The notes beneath the pieces were generated by a model. It had not been told where the DNA came from, made no database searches, and worked only from the letters and a program-made list of their open reading frames with translations. Source: a virus. Taken from it: DNA of 64,000 nucleotides. The DNA is taken from the IMG/VR virus record IMGVR_UViG_3300046777_002658, positions 64,001 through 128,000 of that record. One strand, written 5' to 3'. Position 1 is the stretch's first letter. The number at the start of each line of letters is the position of its first letter. Made by a program: the position numbers and the translations under genes. Positions 50,473 to 60,500 of the stretch are shown here, in pieces.

Positions 50473-51165
50473 GTGACACAAACAAACGGGCATATTATAT
50501 GGGAGGGAGCCTCATTAATTAATGGGGCTCCTATTTTATTGCTTCTGACAGGCACAACCCGTCCGTCAAGCAATGTAAAGACAGGGTGGATGCTCCAGAC
50601 TTGGATAATGCCTAAGAACCATCATCCACTAGAAGCTATTCATAGCAACCAAGATACATCTGTCTGTGGTAGTTGTCCTCTAAAAGGAGATAAAGGCACA
50701 GGAAGAATTTGTTATGTAAATAGCATGACTCTAGGGCAGATTTACAAGGCTTACAAAGCTGGTAATTATCCAGTCTTAAAGACAAGCCACAGACTAAGTG
50801 GTAGAGACTTGAGAATGGGTTCTTATGGGGAACCCACCGCTGTTCCTTTCAATGTATGGGAACCTTTAATAAAACTAGCCAGAGTACATACTGGCTACAC
50901 TCATAGATGGAAAGAATGTGATCAGCAATGGAAAAGCCTTTTAATGGCTTCTGTTGAGAGTGTAGCCCTAAAGCAACAAGCAAACTCTTTAGGCTGGAAG
51001 ACCTTTAGAGTTAAAAAACCGAGCGAACCTGTTCTACCCGATGAAAGATACTGCCCAGCAGCAGAGTCAGCCTATGAGGTTACCTGCCAAAAGTGTGGTA
51101 AGTGTAATGCTCGTAGCGGAAACATTGTGGTAGACATTCATGGAAATGGGTCAAGGTACTTTTAG
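50473..51165 (+). CDS. Cys-rich phage protein, possible Fe-S enzyme
   Basis: SVCGSCP...ICYV, RMGSYGEP, TGYTH, YCPA...CQKCGKC. Confidence 0.7.
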   Translation: MTQTNGHIIWEGASLINGAPILLLLTGTTRPSSNVKTGWMLQTWIMPKNHHPLEAIHSNQDTSVCGSCPLKGDKGTGRICYVNSMTLGQIYKAYKAGNYPVLKTSHRLSGRDLRMGSYGEPTAVPFNVWEPLIKLARVHTGYTHRWKECDQQWKSLLMASVESVALKQQANSLGWKTFRVKKPSEPVLPDERYCPAAESAYEVTCQKCGKCNARSGNIVVDIHGNGSRYF

Positions 51166-51246
51166 ACGAACAGTTCGTTGATTTTGCTTCTGCTGTAGTA
51201 GTTTTGTAGCTATGTTGAGAAGGTAGAGCAAAATAAATATAAAACA

Positions 51247-51561
51247 ATGACAGAAAGCCAAAATAAGACAAAAACAGTTACCACAAAGGAACTGACTACC
51301 TTAATACATACCACAGGTTTAGAAAAGTCAGTGGTAGAAAAAGTAATCAAAGAAGTAGTAAAAGCTGTAACTGACTGTGTAACCAGTGGTCAATCTGTTC
51401 GTATAAAAGGTCTAGGAACTTTTAGTGCCAGATTAAGTAAGGAAAGAGTAGCTAGAAACCCTAAAGATCAAGCTGCTGTAGTTAAAGTTTCAAGCCGTTA
51501 TAGAGGTAAGTTTAAACCTGCTGCAGCTTTTAATAGAGCAACAAAAGACATGAAAGTTTAG
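51247..51561 (+). CDS. hup: HU/IHF-family DNA-binding protein
   Basis: SVRIKGLGTFS...RVARNP...KFKPAAAF. Confidence 0.92.
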   Translation: MTESQNKTKTVTTKELTTLIHTTGLEKSVVEKVIKEVVKAVTDCVTSGQSVRIKGLGTFSARLSKERVARNPKDQAAVVKVSSRYRGKFKPAAAFNRATKDMKV

Positions 51562-51674
51562 AAAGGTTGTGCCAGAGCTATAAGTGTAACAAGCTCTGGT
51601 TAAGATATCTTTTTTAGATGTAGGTAATTTCTAATATTTACGTTAGTATAAAAAAAATAAGTTTCTTTATACCA

Positions 51675-51941
51675 ATGGTTAACCAGACTACTACAGCAAA
51701 CACTCAACTACCAGCTACTATTAAAGACTATAGTAACTATAAAAAAGCTACAAGTTATTTAAGTGACATAATACCAGAAACTAAAAGATGGGTAGAAGAG
51801 GGTGTTATCAACCTGCAGCCAGATGAGTTAGAGGTTTACCTAAAGTTTGTTGTAACTCCTAGCTTGGGTAGAGGAAAGACCAATTTAGGCACTCTTAAAG
51901 ATCTGCTAGATATGTCTTTGTGCAATACAAAAATATCATAG
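51675..51941 (+). CDS. Hypothetical protein (88 aa)
   Basis: ORF. Confidence 0.65.
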   Translation: MVNQTTTANTQLPATIKDYSNYKKATSYLSDIIPETKRWVEEGVINLQPDELEVYLKFVVTPSLGRGKTNLGTLKDLLDMSLCNTKIS

Positions 51942-52104
51942 TAAATCACAAGTTAAAGTGTTTTAGCCTGGACTACAAGGGGTGAGGTGTATTATATACA
52001 TCCCACCCCTATGTCTTTTGGAATAGATTATTCCTGCTTGTTTAAACTACCAAAAAAAGTTATTATAAAAAACAAATAACAAAAACAAGAATAAGTAACT
52101 ACTT

Positions 52105-53451
52105 ATGTCTAGAACTACAACCACTCAAAAGACTAATAGTAACAATGTCTATAGTAGTCTAAAAAAAGATACAACAAGCGAACTAAAGCTAATAGCGTTT
52201 GAGCTACAAGAATTAATCACAGAATGGAAGAGGCAGAGCCATAAAACTGCTGTAGAAGCCGGCTGCAGATTACTGGAAGCAAAAAAAATATTTGTAAGAG
52301 ATAAGAAAAGTGGTAAGTTCTGGCAAAGGTGGGTGGAAGAAGAGCTAGGAGCAGAAATCAGCCATGATACAGCTACAAATCTTATTAACCTGTATACCTT
52401 AGTCAGAGACCACGGAGAGCAGCACAGCGAGGGTATAGCCAAACTTAGCCTGAGTGCTTTGTATTTTACTTCTAGAGCCAGTGTTGAACCAGAAATCAAA
52501 GAAGAGATCCTTAAAATAGCTGCTGAGTCAGAAGAAGCTCCTAGCAGAGATGAAGTCGCTAGTTTAATAAAAGTTTACAGAAAGGTTAAGTTAGCTCAAG
52601 CAGGAGTAAACCCTGAAGTAATAGATGTTTTAGCAAGTAGTAGTGTTATCGAAGATCCTAAAGAGTTAAAAGCTTTAGCAAAGCTTAGTCAGAAGAAGCA
52701 GGCTGAAGTTGCTAATATGCTTGAATCAGACAACCAGACTGGCTATAGCACTGTCAAACAAGCTATAGCAGAAATAAAAGAAAAAAAAGAAAGAGTTCAA
52801 GAGCAGGAGAATACTTCAATACAAACTCTTTTACTAGAGGGTATGGAGCTGAAGAGCTATACAGGTCTAGCATCAAAAAGTTTTGACTTAGTAGATGCAG
52901 AATCTATTAATATAGCACTTATAGAAGCTCCTATGAAGTTTAGTTTTACTCATGATAAAACTGAAGGATTTGCTTTGATGTGCCGGCAGCTTGAACATTG
53001 CCTAAAACCTGGTGGGTTTGGATTTGTTACAGTAGGTCACAAAGCTGCTATGTTTATAGGAACTTTAATAGAAGAGGCTGGTCTTGTTCCTCTGCATCTT
53101 TTAGTATTAAGAAGACAGTCTGGTAGGTCAAGAAGCATTGTTGGCATAAACATTACTAGCGCCTCAGTCATCATGGCTTTAGCGTACAAACCTCCGTTTT
53201 ACGCTCCTAAAAAGATGATTGTTGACCTACAGACTATTAGTGATGGTGAGAAAGTAACAGAGGGTATGGATGTAATAGAAAATGGTATTGAAGACTGCTT
53301 AAAAAGATTTTTAACTCCTGTAATAGAAGCTAACAGCTCTGTGTTACATTGTGTATACGGTTCTTCAGAGGAACACTTTGGCATATCAGAAGATTTAAAA
53401 ACTATATCTAGAGACTGTGGAGCAGCAAAGTTTGTGCAGCTAGGGCTGTGA
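52105..53451 (+). CDS. DUF3102-like N-terminus fused to a degenerate methyltransferase-like fold
   Basis: AGCRLLEAK...GKFWQRWVEEEL...SHDTATNLI; C-terminal ESINIALIEAP...CLKPGGFGFV. Confidence 0.6.
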   Translation: MSRTTTTQKTNSNNVYSSLKKDTTSELKLIAFELQELITEWKRQSHKTAVEAGCRLLEAKKIFVRDKKSGKFWQRWVEEELGAEISHDTATNLINLYTLVRDHGEQHSEGIAKLSLSALYFTSRASVEPEIKEEILKIAAESEEAPSRDEVASLIKVYRKVKLAQAGVNPEVIDVLASSSVIEDPKELKALAKLSQKKQAEVANMLESDNQTGYSTVKQAIAEIKEKKERVQEQENTSIQTLLLEGMELKSYTGLASKSFDLVDAESINIALIEAPMKFSFTHDKTEGFALMCRQLEHCLKPGGFGFVTVGHKAAMFIGTLIEEAGLVPLHLLVLRRQSGRSRSIVGINITSASVIMALAYKPPFYAPKKMIVDLQTISDGEKVTEGMDVIENGIEDCLKRFLTPVIEANSSVLHCVYGSSEEHFGISEDLKTISRDCGAAKFVQLGL

Positions 53452-53509
53452 GTTGTTTATCTGTTGGTTGGCATACTATAATAGTGCTAACAAACAGCAT
53501 TTGAGCACT

Positions 53510-54535
53510 ATGGGCAGACCAAAGAAAATAACAACTAACACCCTTTATAGTTTGCATACAGAAAGAACCAAAACACCCAGAGAACTGGACTGTCTAGGTT
53601 CTTTTTTAAATTTGATAGGTAGACATAGGCTACTCACAGAACAAGAAACTAATGACTATAGCCTATCAGTAAGAAAAGCTATGACTATTGTAGAAGCTAA
53701 TCCAGCTCTAAAATTAAACTTGACTATGAAGTCTTTTACTGAAGAGCAAGCTAAGGCAGTAGGAATGTCTCAAAAAGAACTAAATATAATATTTAATAGA
53801 GCCGCTCACGCTAAAAATAAACTTATAGTTTCAAACCTAAGACTTGTTGTTATTCTTGCTAAAGGATACGCCAGAAGGCAGGAAGAATCACTTGTAGACC
53901 TAATTCAGGAAGGATCAGTTGGACTAAACAGAGCTGCTGAAAAGTTTGATTCCACAAAAGGGTTCAAGTTTAGCACGTATGCTTCTTGTTGGATAAGACA
54001 ATCTATTTCTAGGTCTATAACACAGCACAGTAGAGCTATCCGTCTTCCAGCAATGGTGTACGAAGAGGTTAATAAGCTAAAAAGAACTGTAAAAGCTTTT
54101 ACAGCAGATAAGGGCTATAACCCAACAATTGCTGAACTAGCAACTCTTTTAGGAAAAAGCGAAGAGAGAGTACAGCAGTTGCATAACTGGTGTAGAAGAG
54201 TGTGCTCCTCAGACATTACTGTAAAGCAAGGCAACAGTGATACTACTTTGGAAGAGCTGATGCCATCTCCAGATAATACTGATTTAATACTACAGGAAAT
54301 AGGCTATCCTACTGTTTTGGAAATGATGATGTCTGACACGCCTGATCGTGAAAGAAAACTACTGAACTGGAAGTATGGTCTAGATGGTGAAGAACCCCTA
54401 TCTGCTTTCGAGATAGGGGCTCTTATTGGTGTTTCCCCGGAAAGGGTGAGACAGATATGCAACCAGGAGCTAAGGAGGCTAAAAGAAAAAGCTGATAGAC
54501 AAGGTTTAAGGGGTGACGAGGTTTTTTGTATATAG
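53510..54535 (+). CDS. RpoD-family sigma-70 factor (track start 53453)
   Basis: Region 1.2 IGRHRLLT, region 2 SNLRLVV...DLIQEG..GL.RAAEKFD..KGFKFSTYA..WIRQ, region 4 ERVRQI. Confidence 0.95.
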   Translation: MGRPKKITTNTLYSLHTERTKTPRELDCLGSFLNLIGRHRLLTEQETNDYSLSVRKAMTIVEANPALKLNLTMKSFTEEQAKAVGMSQKELNIIFNRAAHAKNKLIVSNLRLVVILAKGYARRQEESLVDLIQEGSVGLNRAAEKFDSTKGFKFSTYASCWIRQSISRSITQHSRAIRLPAMVYEEVNKLKRTVKAFTADKGYNPTIAELATLLGKSEERVQQLHNWCRRVCSSDITVKQGNSDTTLEELMPSPDNTDLILQEIGYPTVLEMMMSDTPDRERKLLNWKYGLDGEEPLSAFEIGALIGVSPERVRQICNQELRRLKEKADRQGLRGDEVFCI

Positions 54536-54597
54536 GAAGTAGATAGTAAGCTAGACCACGCACTTTGTGCTAAGTTAATAGCAGTTTTAACTAACTA

Positions 54598-57500
54598 TTA
54601 CAAAGATGCAGTATCTAAAAAAGCCATAGCCTCATCAGTCCAACCACCGCTCCAAGCATGGCTAGTACCCGCTAGGGAGTATGTGTGTTGAATCCCTAGA
54701 TTTGTTAAGTGAGTAGTAAAGTTTTGCATATCAGTAGGGAATTTAATAGCAGGGAAACCACCAGTTCCACGACTAATCCAAATCCTATTTGTAGAAGTAA
54801 AATTAGCAGCGTTATTAGTCGCTAAAGTTGGCGGGTAATAAGTATCTAAATTTGCTTGAGTGCCAAATATAAAAGTACCTGCGCCGAAAAAGTTAGCATG
54901 ATTTATTGTATTTGAGTACAAAGGGGCATCAAAGCAAGCAGCAGCACTGTATAAAGATTGGTTTCTAAATATCTTAGTTAGCGCACCCCACCCAGACTTA
55001 GAATATCCAATTAATACCCGCTTGTCACCAGGTGTACCAAAGTTATTTTCTACCCAAGGTATTAACTCTTCATCATAAAAAGACTCCCATCGTTGATGTG
55101 CATACGTAGGATGGTCTGCATACCAGCATTCATCAGGGAAGTCTACCTCAATGAATGTCATGTTGTAATCATTGTGGTAGGATTCTGTTACTGTGCAGTG
55201 TTCAATCCCAACACCAAAGCTAGTTTGCGCAGGTATTGTTGTGGCTTCCAGTAAATAACAATATCTAGGTGGCTTACCTGCTGCGGGTGAAGTGGGAGGC
55301 TTAACTCTAATCCTTACAAATCCTGCTTTTCTACTAATCACATTGTGGTTAATAATTCCATTAGCATCAGTGCTAGTGCTAATAATCCTGAATTGATTGG
55401 CTGATAGACCTAATGTATGTGCATCAATTTCAAATTGCAACATCCCCCTCAAAAGATTATCTATTTCAGTTTGAGTTGGGTATCCTTTAAGAATAATTAC
55501 TGATGGGATATAAGACGGACAAGCAACAAAAATAGGATTGTTAGCTGAGTAACCTGAAATTAACTTACCCATTCGTAACTCATGGGGATTAATGGGGGTT
55601 TCCTGTTGGGTGTAAGTATCTCCTGCATTTCTAGTCCTCAAGTTCTGGTTAAAACTTGTACCATTCCGCATTCCTAAAGCAGTCGCACCTTGCCAGTATG
55701 CAGAACTAAATTGAGCTAGTTCGTCACCTCCAAGATTATGATCCCAAATCAACCCCTGGGTATCCCTAAAAGTTGCACCTCTCCACCCAAGAATACTCAG
55801 TCCGTTGGAACTGTTGTAGCCTTTTAAAGATGTTGGGTTGTCTTGGAATGCTAATACTCTGTTACCTTGTCCCGCTCCAGCTTGCCCCGTAGCAGCCCAT
55901 AAATCACTAGTGGCATTAAATCCTGTAATGATTGCAGTAATGCCATCACCGCTTGCTCCATGAGTAAAATTTAAACCTTGTGTAGAGATTATTACACTAT
56001 CATTTTGTGCAGGTACTCCACTGAAGAAAGTATCCCAAGTATAGTTAGCTTCTAAAGTAGCTTTAGCATTAACAGGAGCAATAGTTGGTATACCTCCTGA
56101 TATACCTACTTCCATTACCGCACTACTACCACTGCCAACATTTACTGCACTAGATAAACTAACACTCAACACAATTTTATTAAAAACATTTACAGGGGTT
56201 AATCCATTAGCTATAGACCAATCTGTAGCTTCTCCGTTTAAGAACTTAACTTTGTTTTTAATAAGATTCGCAGAATTAACAGATAATAAACTTTGACCAA
56301 GAGCAGTTCTCTCACTATTTATCTCACTAATTATAGGTCCCCAAATAGCAGAGAAACTTTCACGGAACTGAGTGTCCCATATTTTTAGTTCATACTCAAT
56401 AAATGAACCATCGCAGTCTCCTATTAATTTAGACTTCTTGTAGGCCTCTGTAGATACAGGTGTAGACTCTTCAGCAGCTTTAAAAACAGAAGGGTTTAAA
56501 CTAACAGAATAGGGCACACTGCCTTGAATAATGTTAATAATATATTTTCCTGACTGTAAATTAGTAAAAGTTAAACTTGTAACATTTCCAGTTACAGTCA
56601 GATCATAAATATTAGATAAGCGACCGTCAATAATTACATCCCCACTAATGTCTTGAACTTCTCTAAGAGAACCCTGAAACCCTTCAAACTGCTGGCTAGT
56701 ATTAGTTTTAGCCATGTCAGTTAAGCTACTATCTACATAGGCTTTAACAGCCAGCGGGGTTGCTGCTTCTGTTTCTGAAGTTGAAGTAATAGAAGAGTTT
56801 AGTTGTACTATTCCTGTTTGGCTAGTAGTAGCTGTTCTGATGTCAGCTAATACACGACCAGTTATTCTACCATAAGTATCTTTAGATACTGACTGAACAA
56901 AGTTAATTCCTGCTTCTCCATTTGTGTCTGTTTGAGAAACAGTAGCTAGGTCTATAGCATTAGTAGTAGAATTAACAGCTATTCTGTTAGTTGTACCAAC
57001 TATTGTTAGTTGGGTCTGGGGTACTTTACCGTTGCTATCTAAAGTAGCAACACCATTGTTAGCGCCTTTTTCTGTAGAGGCGATCGCACCGCCAGTCAAG
57101 TTGATGACACCAAAGTTGGTTAAGGTAACGCCATCCTGATAGAACAGGGTATTGGGAGCATTTAGAGGAACAGTCCAGATAAATTTAGTGGAATCGTTAG
57201 TTACCTGAGTACCATTTGTTCCTATCAATCCTGTGCTGTATAGGTTGCCGCTAACAGTCCCAGATGTGGTTGTGATGTTGAAACCATGTCCAGTAACGTT
57301 CAGATTAAACTTATAGGTTTGACCCTTAGTGAGAGTCAATACAGGATTAGAACCCAAGCTAACGTCATTGACTGCAATGCTGTAGGTAGACCCGCTAAAA
57401 CTAACTGCAATAGTGGGGACAGTAGCAACCACGTCATTCAAAGGAAGAGATCGCACTACACCAGTCGTTCCGCTGTTGTTCCCTAAGACTGAGTTACCAG

Positions 57501-60500
57501 GAACGTGAGCAATCTCATTGAGGTCTACAGCTTCATTTTTAATCGAGACAACCCCATTGGAAATATCAAAGTCTGTGTAGTCAAACTTAGCAACGCCTAA
57601 GGTACTAGCACCGCTGGTTTGTCCTTGGCTATAACCTACGGTGTTGACAGTGACCGTGATATCCCCAACCTTAGAGTTTGTAGGATAAGTTCCAGGGGTG
57701 ATCGCATCAGTACCAATCACAACGGACTCATTCCCACTCAGGAGCGATCGAACTACAGGTTTGTAGGAGCTATCCCCTGCCAAGAATGTACTGGCGTTGG
57801 CTGTACCGGAGCCTAAATTAGTTACTGGGATTACCCCAGCGATGCTACTGGCTGAAGTCACTCCAGAAGGTAGGATTGCCCAATTGTCATCAACACTTGC
57901 ACCACCATTAGCTATAGTTTTTAGGACATAAACAACACCAGTATCAGCTTGAGCCGCATAGTCTCCCTGATTAACATTGGTTAAAGCTAATCTCTCAGCT
58001 TGGTTGGCAACATTAAAGATATTGAAGGGAGAACGCGGTGGGAGTTGGGTTTCACTAATAAAGCCCTGTTGAGTTAGCTCTACTAACTGACCAGCAAAGC
58101 TAGACCCGCCGCCGCTGGTTCCTGATGTCTTATCAAATAGATTGCCCAGCTTGTTTTTAACAAAGTCTCTAATTGCTCGCTGGGTGGGGATGCGGGTATT
58201 AGCTGCGCCGGTATCTCCACTCAAGTCTGTATCAATGGAAAATTCTCGAATGGGAACACCAGGAGAGTTTTTAAGCTGAATCTCATCAATAACACCCAGT
58301 GAAACTGTGCCAGTGAATGTGACTTTACCGGATTTCAAATCAACGTTAAAGAAAGGTCCAACAGTGAAGTTACCATCCTGGTCTGTAGCAGAGCAATAGA
58401 CCCTGCCTGAGTTGACTTCTACAGTTTGGGTTTGAGGATCTGTAACGCCACCATTTTCAGGTAGAGCTGTGTAGTTTATACCTGAGCCAATAAACTCAAA
58501 GGTATGGGAGGACGAGTTAATGGTACTGGGTCGTCTTAGCTCTATTGCAGTGTTCCCGGGTAATGCACCTTCCCAGAGTACCTGTAAGGTGACGACTGTA
58601 ATACCACTATTGTTAAATGGTGTTGCTTCCTCAACAATATATTCTAATTCGTCAGTACGAGTGTAAAAATTGCTAGTACCAAGGATTCTAACCTTGACGA
58701 CGTAATTAGGAAGGGGTATAGAGGTGAAGCCAGAAATACTCAACCTAGTAACTTGTCTGCCTTGGGTAATCGTTACAGTCCCTGTTTGCCCACCAGCAGC
58801 AATACCACTACCAAAGGGGATATCAACTATATAAGAGATTGTGCGGTCGCTTGCCTGGACGTTAGTAATAATCAACCCCGTGCCGTTGGCTGCTGCTACG
58901 CTATGTCCCGCGACTGTGATAGTTTGCCCAACTACAAATTGACCTATTTTGTCAGCTTCCAAAGTTAGAGTAACTCTGGTTTGGTTGTTGCCCGCGTTAG
59001 CAAAAGTAGACTCAAAAATGTTTGAGGGTGTATTATTAAAGCCTAAGTTTACGTTCTCAGCGCCAACTAATGTCCCTTCGTAAAAAGGGAAGGAAGTGTC
59101 GCTAAAACCCACTGCCTTGAGAGCATAATTACCAAAGTTTGTGGCGCTGTTAGTGACAGAGGTATAAGCGCCAGACTCACACAAGATGCCAATATCCTCA
59201 AAGACCTGGAATACAGATACTAGTTGGGAGTAACCATTGCGCTTGTGGTGGAAGCCTACAGACCCTGAAACGATTTGGGTAAAGGCATCCATTACCATAG
59301 AAGCAATAGGAGACGTATTTGCTAATACGCCACCATCAACCAATATCCCACCAGCTAGAGTCTTAGTATCATCCAGTTCTCCACTGCCATCTGATTTTAA
59401 GACTGTGCGACCAAGAACTGAAATATTAGAACAGTTTTGGATGTACGGGGACAAAAAGATATTTACCCCATCTTTAAATGCGGCTGCATATCTAAAAGCT
59501 TTGGCGTTCTGAGTGCATTTAGATCCGCTAATATGCCGAGTAGCTGTTGTGTTGAATACCCCTCTACTGCCAATTACCAAATCATTGCCATTCAAAGAAG
59601 CAATCTGCATCCACTCTTGGTTTACCAGTAATAGTGTTCCAGTGTTAGCTTTGGGTGGAGGATTACCAGCAGCGATCGCACTAATAAGGTCAACTAGGGT
59701 AGCGGCTGCTGATTGGACATTGGCGCAGTCACCAGTATCGTAGTTAACACCACCTGGATTCAGGGAATTGAAATCCGTGCCAGAGGTTTGGTTGGCTTCA
59801 CTATTAGGCAAATCCCCCCGAATTGCACTGAGAATCAGGTCTTTAGTTTGGGTGATTTTGGTGGGGTTATTGACTGCGATCGCCTCGATGGAGTTAATGT
59901 TCCCCATGATTCTCAAGTCTGCAATTACCGCGTCAATGATGGGTAAAGCGTTGTAATCAATAACCTGTGCATCAATGTACAATCGGTTTGCTCTAACTAA
60001 GTTAGCAGCATCTTTAAACCTACCAGGAGTGTCTTTGATGGTATGTCCAGGGAAGAGTCTGAGGGTGGTAGCTGTAGCTGACATTTCTCTAGGATTGACC
60101 TGGTTGGAAGAGTCCAGGATACCAAACCCACCCCGGTAATTGTCCTCAAATACCATGTAATTTAGATAAGTACCTGAATCAATCTTGAATAGGTCTTGTC
60201 CGTGATTCAAAGGGCAAATGGTAGTAGTCCGTAGGTTGTCCCCAATGACTGCTGTCTTTGGTTGAGGAATGATTAAGGGGTTGTCTTCGTAGAATCTCCC
60301 AGAGCTTACCCTAACTGTACATTCCTTTTCTGGAAACTTAGCTACTTCAGCTAAAGCCCTTTTGATACTAGCAAATGCAGTTCTCCAGCTTTGCCCTGGT
60401 AGTTCCTTCTCAATCAATCCTACCTTGCGTTTAGGAGCATCAGCCCAGTCTAAGCCATTTTCTAGATACCCAATAATAATATTAAATATGCTGTAAGCTG

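Larger units (their letters stand above)
7598..51179. repeat. Dispersed 13-bp palindrome ACGAACAGTTCGT
   Basis: Full copies at 7598, 18994, 32404, 39511, 51166; partial copy at 28753. Confidence 0.8.
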
